Below, one piece after another: positions 1 through 6,329 of a DNA stretch of 29,116 nucleotides; the stretch's first letter is position 1; every line of letters begins with the position of its first letter. The stretch lies in the IMG/VR virus record IMGVR_UViG_3300047308_000044, positions 1 to 29,116 of that record. One strand, 5' to 3'. The notes beneath the pieces were generated by a model, which saw only the letters and a program-made list of their open reading frames with translations, was not told the origin of the DNA and did not search any database. A program made the position numbers and the translations under genes. Origin of the DNA: a virus (Duplodnaviria > Caudoviricetes).

Positions 1-46
1 CTTTAGGGGCCTCTGATTTGCTGCACCGCTGCAGCAGCTTTGCTAC

Positions 47-259
47 ATGCACAAAGTCCCGTCCCCAGTGGGGTCTGACCTACACGACCGCGCTATGGCT
101 TGCTTTGAAGATGCAGCAGATTGCATCACCAAGGCGCGTTCATTTATCCAGTCGATTTCCGAGAGCTACAGCCATTGCTCGTTTACGGCTGACGAGCGCT
201 CGCGATTGATTGACATGTCTGAAAACCTCGCCCTAGCAACCAAGGCCCTTCGTCAATGA
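47..259 (+). CDS. hypothetical protein (70 aa, helical)
   Basis: ORF whose TGA stop overlaps the ATG of the next gene (ATGA at 256-259). Confidence 0.55.
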   Translation: MHKVPSPVGSDLHDRAMACFEDAADCITKARSFIQSISESYSHCSFTADERSRLIDMSENLALATKALRQ

Positions 260-957
260 CAATCCCCAACCTCGCTGGTGTCATCACCAAAGCTGACATC
301 GATACCAAAGGCAGCGGGAGCTATGCCGCCTCCTATGTCAACTGGGCCAAAGTCGCTCACCTGCTCCATGAACAAGCCCCAGGTTGGGAGTTTCACCTCC
401 AGCCCACTGAAGCCGGATCTTTGATTTGGCAAGCACCTGATGGAACTGCCTACGTCGTTGGCTACTTCACCGGACCCGATGACCAGCTAACCGCTGAGTT
501 CCCATTTCCTGCGATGGGGAACCGCAATGAGCCGATTGCCTTTGACAAGGTTTCAGCTCGTACCTTGAGTGACACCCACCGCCGAGCGTTATGCGCTGCT
601 GCTGCGTTCACTTTTGGGCTTGCATTTGAGTTGTGGGCAAAGGAGGAGATCGAGAATCCCCACCGGGAGGAGAAGGCAGCCCCAGAACCCGCCAAAGCTC
701 AAGCCGTTTGCCCTATGCCTACGCAAACAAAACCTGAACCAGCACCCATACCCAAGAAAGAAGCTGCGGTGGTCTTTGCCGATCAATCCGACATTGCCGC
801 CATCCAGCAACGCATCCTTCAGCACCCAAAACGCCCCGACGTGATCGAGGCATTCAAGAAACACAAAAACCTCTTGCCTGCTGCCAAGCGCGTTGCTGAT
901 CACATCCAAACCCCAGCAGACGTTGCCTTCCTGACTGACCTCTGTAACCGCCTGTGA
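256..957 (+). CDS. Sak-like single-strand annealing protein (DUF1071/Sak3-type)
   Basis: SYVNWAKVAHLL, FPFPAMGNRN and HRRALCAAAAFTFGLAFELWAKEE motifs resemble DUF1071 recombinases; Pro/Ala linker and short C-terminal domain; same module as RusA. Confidence 0.75.
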   Translation: MTIPNLAGVITKADIDTKGSGSYAASYVNWAKVAHLLHEQAPGWEFHLQPTEAGSLIWQAPDGTAYVVGYFTGPDDQLTAEFPFPAMGNRNEPIAFDKVSARTLSDTHRRALCAAAAFTFGLAFELWAKEEIENPHREEKAAPEPAKAQAVCPMPTQTKPEPAPIPKKEAAVVFADQSDIAAIQQRILQHPKRPDVIEAFKKHKNLLPAAKRVADHIQTPADVAFLTDLCNRL

Positions 958-1190
958 CCACATCCATTCCAATCCTGATCGACTGCCTTCGTGATGCCAT
1001 CGATGAACAACACCGCACCACCAACAAAAGTTTCTTTACCGAACGTTTCGTCTCCTATGGCGATGGCCGCGCCCTTGAAACGGCCCTGCGTTCCTGTCTT
1101 GCGATCCTCCAGCCCTTCAATCAGGGTGACCCGATACCTCTTGGCTACACCGAAGGGATGGATTGCGGATCACAGCAAGAAGTTGCCTGA
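954..1190 (+). CDS. hypothetical protein
   Basis: GTG start overlapping the upstream TGA stop (GTGA at 954-957). Confidence 0.6.
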   Translation: MTTSIPILIDCLRDAIDEQHRTTNKSFFTERFVSYGDGRALETALRSCLAILQPFNQGDPIPLGYTEGMDCGSQQEVA

Positions 1191-1368
1191 AGAAACAAGC
1201 TTTTACACGCAAGATTATTTGTTGGCGTTGAGCTACGCCACTATCCAGGCAGCAATGCTACGCGCTAGGGCCATTCGTGATCTTGAACTCGATATTCAGA
1301 TCATGACCCTTGAAATCACGTGTGACCCCAAAACCTATCCATTCGGATGGGAGGTAGCGCATGACTGA
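1126..1368 (+). CDS. hypothetical protein (MTRYLLATPKGW...)
   Basis: In the frame of ORF 991..1368; GTG at 1126 chosen because the upstream part lies entirely within the previous gene; the stop overlaps the next start. Confidence 0.6.
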   Translation: MTRYLLATPKGWIADHSKKLPEETSFYTQDYLLALSYATIQAAMLRARAIRDLELDIQIMTLEITCDPKTYPFGWEVAHD

Positions 1369-1624
1369 CGCGCAAATGCGGGCAGCAGTAGAACGCCAGG
1401 ACTTGGAGCTATGGGAAACCTATCGCGGCGAGGTCCTTAAAGCCCTGGAAGATCGAAACGCCTACCCTGACCCGCAATCGTGGAAAAACAGATGCAAGTT
1501 TTCCTTCAAACTCGATCCTCCTGAAACCGCCGCGCTATACGCCTATGCAAGGCTAAATAATTGCTCTCTCAATAGAGCAATCAAGCAACTCATCACCACT
1601 CACCCCGTACTCTCCGATGACTGA
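1361..1624 (+). CDS. hypothetical protein, possible ribbon-helix-helix DNA-binding C-terminus
   Basis: GGAGG Shine-Dalgarno just upstream; C-terminal KFSFKLDPPETAALYAYARLNNCSLNRAIKQLI has a strand-helix-helix pattern. Confidence 0.65.
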   Translation: MTDAQMRAAVERQDLELWETYRGEVLKALEDRNAYPDPQSWKNRCKFSFKLDPPETAALYAYARLNNCSLNRAIKQLITTHPVLSDD

Positions 1625-1910
1625 CCCCGCATTCAAGGCTTCCTTTCGCATCAGCGACAACCGCAACCGCAAAACCGAAAAGTCCCCCGAACAAAACATC
1701 TCAGTCGATTTCACCCCTGAACAGGCAATCGCCGCCGCCCATTGGCTGATGACCGCCGCTGAAAATGCAGAGCGTAATTCGACCAAAATAAGGGTATACA
1801 AAGGCCCCAACGATTTTGAGGAAGTCCCTGGCTTCACTCTATGGGGTGGTCTTTGGGGCCAGAAAGGCAGTTTCAGCCCGCTCAAGCATGAAACCGATCT
1901 CCCCTTCTGA
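1617..1910 (+). CDS. hypothetical protein, candidate single-stranded DNA-binding protein
   Basis: Ends in ETDLPF, like the SSB acidic tail; aromatic residues in predicted strands; lies between the Sak-like gene and RusA. Confidence 0.6.
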   Translation: MTDPAFKASFRISDNRNRKTEKSPEQNISVDFTPEQAIAAAHWLMTAAENAERNSTKIRVYKGPNDFEEVPGFTLWGGLWGQKGSFSPLKHETDLPF

Positions 1911-2410
1911 TGTCTGAACTCCTGGTCCATGCTGACGTTCAAGGCAACGATGCCTTCACCTGTAATGTCATCGGCCTCCCGGTGTCACAGGGCTCCTTGG
2001 TTTCTCGGGGAGATGGTCATGGGTTGAGGTATCAAAACGATGCATCACTCAAGCTTTGGCGGCACATGGTTATCTCGGAGGTTCGTGATGCACGGCCTGA
2101 GGGTTGGAATCCACGTGCTGCTGTGTCGTTAGCCCTGACCTTTCGCTTTCCACGAAACAAGGGGCACTTCAACCGGCATGGTGCGCTTCTGCCCTCAGCG
2201 CCTGCCTATAAGGCAACCAAACCCGATCTAGACAAATGCGCCCGCGCTGTTTTTGATTCCCTAGAACAGGCTGGTTTGATCCTCAATGATTCGCAGATCA
2301 TTGCCGTTAATGCGTCAAAGCGTTGGGCATTAGCCAATGAGGCGCCTGGCGTGCTATTGACTGTTATCTCTACGCAGGGACACAGCGAGCGACACCCGGC
2401 GAAAACATGA
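1910..2410 (+). CDS. rusA: RusA-family Holliday junction resolvase
   Basis: KPDLDKCARAVFDSL...NDSQI catalytic Asp motif; PVSQGS N-terminal motif. Confidence 0.92.
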   Translation: MSELLVHADVQGNDAFTCNVIGLPVSQGSLVSRGDGHGLRYQNDASLKLWRHMVISEVRDARPEGWNPRAAVSLALTFRFPRNKGHFNRHGALLPSAPAYKATKPDLDKCARAVFDSLEQAGLILNDSQIIAVNASKRWALANEAPGVLLTVISTQGHSERHPAKT

Positions 2411-3423
2411 GCACATCAGAGGCCAACTGGTATTCCAAGCAAATCAAGCGGGTGCCCATGCTTACCGCTGCGGAAGAGATCACCCTTGGCACTCAAGTAC
2501 AAGATTGGCTAAGCAACCCGGAACCATCTCCAGCGTTAGCGCGTCGTGGCAGACGGGCACAGAACCGAATGGTGGAAGCCAACTTGCGTCTAGTGGTGAC
2601 GGTAGCAAACAAGTATTTGCACAAGGTCCCAGCCAGTGATTTCCTAGACCTGATCCAAGCTGGCAATATCGGTTTGATTCGAGCGGTTGAGAAGTATGAC
2701 CCAACACGAGGTTACAAGTTTTCGACCTATGCGTACTGGTGGATACGACAAGGGATCAGTCGTCACGTTGAGACGCAAACACGTATTATCCGCCTACCAT
2801 CAAGCGCAACGCAAAAGCTATACCAGCTAGCTACGGCAACTAGACGCTTGGTTCAAGAGCTACACCGCAGCCCCACAAAAGCAGAACTTGCGGAGGCGCT
2901 GGAAGTCACCATAGAAGAGCTTGAACAGATCATCACACGCGGGCAGATGTGCCTATCGCTTGATGCATATGCCAATGGCAACGACAACCTGTCAACAATG
3001 GGTGACTTGATTGCTGACAACAGTGGGTTGGATATTGACGAGCACTTTGAACAGCTGGAGGAGATTGACGCAATTCAAAAATTGATGGGTCACCTGGCAG
3101 AACTGAACCCACGCCAGCGGTTGTTGATTGAGGGTAATTTTGGCATTGGACAACCCGTGCGCACCATCACTGATCTAGCCAAGGAATTGGGGATGAACAC
3201 TGCACAGGCATCGAAACTATTGAGGGAAGCAAAGATGCGCCTTCGTTTGCTGGCCAATACCCACCCAAAGCACACACCACCACCATTGCCAACTGCCTAT
3301 GAAGAATTAAACCAACTAGAACTGACCAGTTGCTCCTACGAAATTGCTATCAGAATTGAGACAGCAACGGCACGCAAGCCACGCAAAAAAGACCTGAGCA
3401 TTATTCAGCCTTCGTTCTGGTAG
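2407..3423 (+). CDS. RNA polymerase sigma-70 factor (RpoD/group 2 cyanobacterial type)
   Basis: Region 1.2 PMLTAAEEITLG; region 2 MVEANLRLVV, DLIQAGNIGLIRAVEKYDPTRGYKFSTYAYWWIRQGISR; region 3 RIIRLP...PTKAELAEAL...LSLD; diverged region 4. Confidence 0.95.
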   Translation: MSTSEANWYSKQIKRVPMLTAAEEITLGTQVQDWLSNPEPSPALARRGRRAQNRMVEANLRLVVTVANKYLHKVPASDFLDLIQAGNIGLIRAVEKYDPTRGYKFSTYAYWWIRQGISRHVETQTRIIRLPSSATQKLYQLATATRRLVQELHRSPTKAELAEALEVTIEELEQIITRGQMCLSLDAYANGNDNLSTMGDLIADNSGLDIDEHFEQLEEIDAIQKLMGHLAELNPRQRLLIEGNFGIGQPVRTITDLAKELGMNTAQASKLLREAKMRLRLLANTHPKHTPPPLPTAYEELNQLELTSCSYEIAIRIETATARKPRKKDLSIIQPSFW

Positions 3424-3650
3424 TCATCTTCAGCCATCATTCCTAGCTCACATTCCAACTCGGCAATGCGCTTGACGGCACCGTTGATGATCAGTGTTCG
3501 GCGGGCATCGTTTTCCAACATTTGACAGCAAAGTCTGGCTAATGCCTCTGGACGCTTCAAGCCTTCGGTTTGAATGGCACGCTTCTGCGCTTCTAAGGCC
3601 AGCTCCGCTGCCAGACTTAAATCTGGGCACATCCATTTACTCCAGGCCAT
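3405..3650 (-). CDS. hypothetical protein (81 aa, coiled-coil)
   Basis: Clean ATG ORF with helical heptad character (AVKRIAELECEL); last gene in the late-strand direction. Confidence 0.7.
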   Translation of the reverse strand: MAWSKWMCPDLSLAAELALEAQKRAIQTEGLKRPEALARLCCQMLENDARRTLIINGAVKRIAELECELGMMAEDDYQNEG

Positions 3651-3840
3651 GATGGAAGGAAACGATATTTATCAGTCTGCCGAGCCTTGCATTGAATTGA
3701 TGCAAACAGGAGACGGCCCAGTGTGGGAGGTTTCAGGGTTTGGCTACGTGACCCAGCACAAACAGCTATGGCAAGCCATGTTGAGGTTTGACTGTATCTG
3801 CCTGAGCAAGGGACTTGACCCGTCAAGGGGTTACCGCTAG
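3649..3840 (+). CDS. hypothetical protein (63 aa)
   Basis: ATG at 3649 in the frame of ORF 3574..3840; exactly fills the gap between two minus-strand genes; protein-like sequence GDGPVWEVSGFG...HKQLWQA. Confidence 0.6.
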   Translation: MMEGNDIYQSAEPCIELMQTGDGPVWEVSGFGYVTQHKQLWQAMLRFDCICLSKGLDPSRGYR

Positions 3841-4463
3841 GCGTTCCACATGGCGCCTTCTTCCCGCCGCCTGCGTGCTAAACCTGCTTCCACGTTGCTG
3901 CCTGGGTTTCTGTAGAGGTACAGAGCTGCGGGTACTTCATGCCACCGCCGATCACGCAACACGCGGGTGATGGTGTTGAACGCTGGGTTTCCGTAGAAAT
4001 GCTTACCCAGGTTGTAAGCGAACGAAGTGAGCACCCCGCGTTGGTTGGCATTCATTTCCCGCCAATGGGGGATTGTTTTTGCCATGTGTTTGTAGGTGCT
4101 TTCGACTTCATCCTTAAGGTATTGGTCAGCCTGTGCTTGGGTGATGGTGTCGCCGCGTGAGATCTTGCGGCCATTGGGATAGCGCGTTGTTCCCCAACCG
4201 ATGGTGCAAACACCGACGCCATCGTTGTACGCCGTAAGCCTGCACCCCTCATACTTTTTTATGAGTTTCAGTGCAGGACCAAGGTCGTCTTGTTTGCCTG
4301 ATTGGCTCCAGGTTTGAAACCACGGACGATCACGTCGCATTGCAACCTCATAGCCATTTGCGCTGAGGTCTTCTTCAAGCTCAGAGATTGCTGCCAGCTG
4401 ATAGGTATAGCCGCGATTGAAACGAAACAGCTGTGACAGGGTAATTGGTGCTTGGTTAGCCAT
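3837..4463 (-). CDS. endolysin, GH24 lysozyme with ~60-aa N-terminal extension
   Basis: KYEGCRLTAYNDGVGVCTIGWGTT gives the E-x8-D-x5-T triad; LTSFAYNLG and GLARRRREEGAMW motifs; ATG at 4463. Confidence 0.93.
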   Translation of the reverse strand: MANQAPITLSQLFRFNRGYTYQLAAISELEEDLSANGYEVAMRRDRPWFQTWSQSGKQDDLGPALKLIKKYEGCRLTAYNDGVGVCTIGWGTTRYPNGRKISRGDTITQAQADQYLKDEVESTYKHMAKTIPHWREMNANQRGVLTSFAYNLGKHFYGNPAFNTITRVLRDRRWHEVPAALYLYRNPGSNVEAGLARRRREEGAMWNA

Positions 4464-4662
4464 TGTCAAGCCAAGGTGCTTTGAGTTCCATTGCTCCGCC
4501 CAAATCCAGTGAATCCCCGGTTTGTAGTACAGGGTCGATTGGATGCTCGATGTAGATCGGTGCAGGCATTGGAGAAGGCTCAGGCGGCAGGCTTGCTTCG
4601 TACTGCTCGATAGCAGCAGTTACCTCCGCCTGAAAGTCAATGTCCCGCGTTACCGCTTTGGG
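4456..4662 (-). CDS. -1 frameshift extension of the holin-like protein (68 aa, acidic/Pro-rich)
   Basis: Open -1 frame from slippery C CCA AAG (4662-4656) to TAA at 4458-4456: PKAVTRDIDFQAEVTAAIEQYEASLPPEPSPMPAPIYIEHPIDPVLQTGDSLDLGGAMELKAPWLDNG; no ATG/GTG/TTG at its 5' end. Confidence 0.65.
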   Translation of the reverse strand, partial: PKAVTRDIDFQAEVTAAIEQYEASLPPEPSPMPAPIYIEHPIDPVLQTGDSLDLGGAMELKAPWLDNG

Positions 4663-4787
4663 AAAGTCAGACGAGCAACCTGAAGGATGAACTGGATAAT
4701 CCCGTTTGCCTTGAGCGGGGTGAAGGGAAGGATTTCAGAAACGGCGGTTACAACGATTGCCGCAACGGTGAGTGTGGTGGGGTCCAT
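4650..4787 (-). CDS. small holin-like membrane protein (45 aa), not in ORF track
   Basis: MDPTTLTVAAIVVTAVSEILPFTPLKANGIIQFILQVARLTFPKR: hydrophobic helix, amphipathic helix, basic end; upstream of the endolysin. Confidence 0.8.
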   Translation of the reverse strand: MDPTTLTVAAIVVTAVSEILPFTPLKANGIIQFILQVARLTFPKR

Positions 4788-4814
4788 TGGATGAATGGGA
4801 CTGATGAACTCAGG

Positions 4815-5048
4815 CTACTTATGCATTTCAAGCGCTCTAACACGAGTATCAAGCTGGGCTAGCTGAGCCTTGGCATCGTTCTTTAGCTCTTCAATGGCCT
4901 GCGCGGTGGACTGCACCGTTGCCTCGATCCTGGCAGCCTGAATCTGCATTGATACAAGCAACGCTCCAATGGCAAACATGCCAGCCGCTATGGCAGCCGG
5001 TAGCGCAGAGGTGAACACCCCAGAGATTGTTTTGGGGCCTTCGTCCAC
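4815..5048 (-). CDS. single-TM plus coiled-coil lysis-cassette protein (holin- or i-spanin-like)
   Basis: Hydrophobic ALPAAIAAGMFAIGALLVSM followed by heptads ending LDTRVRALE; position in the lysis cassette. Confidence 0.7.
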   Translation of the reverse strand: MDEGPKTISGVFTSALPAAIAAGMFAIGALLVSMQIQAARIEATVQSTAQAIEELKNDAKAQLAQLDTRVRALEMHK

Positions 5049-5069
5049 CGGGCGGAAGTCGCTAAGAGC

Positions 5070-5075
5070 ATTCTA
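5070..5075 (-). promoter_or_regulatory. putative -10 element TAGAAT for lysis cassette
   Basis: TAnnnT 21 nt upstream of GTG 5048. Confidence 0.5.
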
Positions 5076-5079
5076 GGGA

Positions 5080-5211
5080 TTAGCCTTGCCCGCGATATTT
5101 CTTCTTGCCTTTGCGTTGTGGGCGTGAATGTAACCCGTGGCCAATGGAAGTGGTCTTAGGTTTTGCGACCTTGCGGAGCGTGCCAGTACCGACCTTTGCT
5201 TTAACCGCCAT
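5080..5211 (-). CDS. small basic protein ending KKYRGQG (43 aa), not in ORF track
   Basis: MAVKAKVGTGTLRKVAKPKTTSIGHGLHSRPQRKGKKKYRGQG; ATG overlaps the upstream TGA. Confidence 0.8.
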   Translation of the reverse strand: MAVKAKVGTGTLRKVAKPKTTSIGHGLHSRPQRKGKKKYRGQG

Positions 5212-5468
5212 CAGTAGGGGGAGTCGCCGAGGATTGCTGGCCAGGCTGCCTTGAGTCCCTCCACGTCGGTAGCGGCTGCAATATCGGGATCAGCGGTCAC
5301 ATCACGTAAGGCTTGCTTTTCGGCGGCAATCTCAGCCTGCGTAGCGGTATCAGCCTGCTCGACAGCACGCATGAACTGAACGTCTAAAGCGGCGAGCTGA
5401 GGGGCACGGGCTTCACGCATGAAGTCCTTGTGAATTTCGCGGGCTTTATCCAGGTTGATGGTGATCAT
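5211..5468 (-). CDS. tail fibre assembly chaperone-like protein
   Basis: MREARAPQLAALDVQFMRAVE...KQALRDVT...LKAAWP, a Tfa-like pattern downstream of a fibre gene. Confidence 0.75.
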   Translation of the reverse strand: MITINLDKAREIHKDFMREARAPQLAALDVQFMRAVEQADTATQAEIAAEKQALRDVTADPDIAAATDVEGLKAAWPAILGDSPY

Positions 5469-5713
5469 TGGTTGGCCTCCTTGGCTGCAAAGTAGGCATC
5501 GGCACCGATACCATATCCATCGGGTGCGCTGAAATCTGCCTCCCAGGCGTTGAAGAAAACGTGACTTTCGGGGAGATCTTCGTATTCCATGTAACGGTAG
5601 GGAACGCCTGCAGGGACATCCTTTTGGGCTACATCCGCAAGGGGCAGGGCGCCTGTCGGGGTTACTAACGCGATGCTGCCATTGTCTTGGGGGTAGATGA
5701 TGACGGTCGCCAT
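5465..5713 (-). CDS. tail fibre-associated protein
   Basis: ATG at 5713; KDVPAGVPY...DLP...FFNAW motif typical of genes that follow small distal fibres. Confidence 0.7.
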   Translation of the reverse strand: MATVIIYPQDNGSIALVTPTGALPLADVAQKDVPAGVPYRYMEYEDLPESHVFFNAWEADFSAPDGYGIGADAYFAAKEANQ

Positions 5714-5717
5714 AGGA

Positions 5718-6329
5718 TTAACGGAAAACAGCAAATGTGAGAACTACAGCATCTCCAAGAGTAGCCGTAGTAGTTGTCGTTGCGTTTAATATCTGAAAAT
5801 TAGTAGTTGCCAGGCTTAACAAGGAAGGACGGTAAGCATAAGAGCCACTGTTTTCATAAGTGCCCCCAAGAGCAACAGCATAATTAAGATCTACCATTGC
5901 CGTTGCAAAGTTGACGGTATAGTTTCCAGTACCACTTTTGCCATAGCTGCTGATATTGCCTGCAGGGAGAGTTGGCCGTGAAGTAGCTGCTGCACCGTTG
6001 TATGCACCCCACGCACGGCATCCATAGGCGGTAGCAGCGGAGCCATAGCCAGAGTTGAATGACAGGTCAGTGCCAACACTTGCAGCTCCGGTGGTGCTTA
6101 ATCCGGTGAGCGCGTAGGTGGTCGTTAGTTCGCCCCATGCCGTGCCGGACCATTTCTGCCACCTGTTGATGGTGCTATTCCAGCGGATTGTTCCGGTTGG
6201 GATGTTGGTGTAACTGGTTGAGGTGCCGTCGAATTGAAGAGCAAGGTCTTCATCTCTAGCTTTAACCTCGGTGACAAAGTTGGCAACGAGGCTTGCGGTA
6301 GTCGGGTTGCTCCAGTTTGCGTTTGGCAC
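5718..6329 (-). CDS. short distal tail fibre / receptor-binding protein
   Basis: Directly after J; C-terminal CRAWGAYNG...NISSY...GTGNYTVNFATAMVDLNYAV beta-sandwich motif. Confidence 0.75.
   Translation of the reverse strand: MPNANWSNPTTASLVANFVTEVKARDEDLALQFDGTSTSYTNIPTGTIRWNSTINRWQKWSGTAWGELTTTYALTGLSTTGAASVGTDLSFNSGYGSAATAYGCRAWGAYNGAAATSRPTLPAGNISSYGKSGTGNYTVNFATAMVDLNYAVALGGTYENSGSYAYRPSLLSLATTNFQILNATTTTTATLGDAVVLTFAVFR

Noticed and set aside
991-1125. Long N-terminus of ORF 991..1368
   Set aside because: Fully overlaps gene 954..1190; GTG at 1126 is the more plausible start
1553-1942. 129-aa minus-strand ORF
   Set aside because: Antisense to a tightly coupled plus-strand operon
4602-4620. 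Hairpin ACTGCT-N7-AGCAGT as stimulator of the lysis frameshift
   Set aside because: About 35 nt downstream of the heptamer, beyond the usual 5-9 nt spacing; not counted as support
5718-5950. Diversity-generating retroelement target at a fibre C-terminus
   Set aside because: No reverse transcriptase and no template-repeat copy noticed in the window
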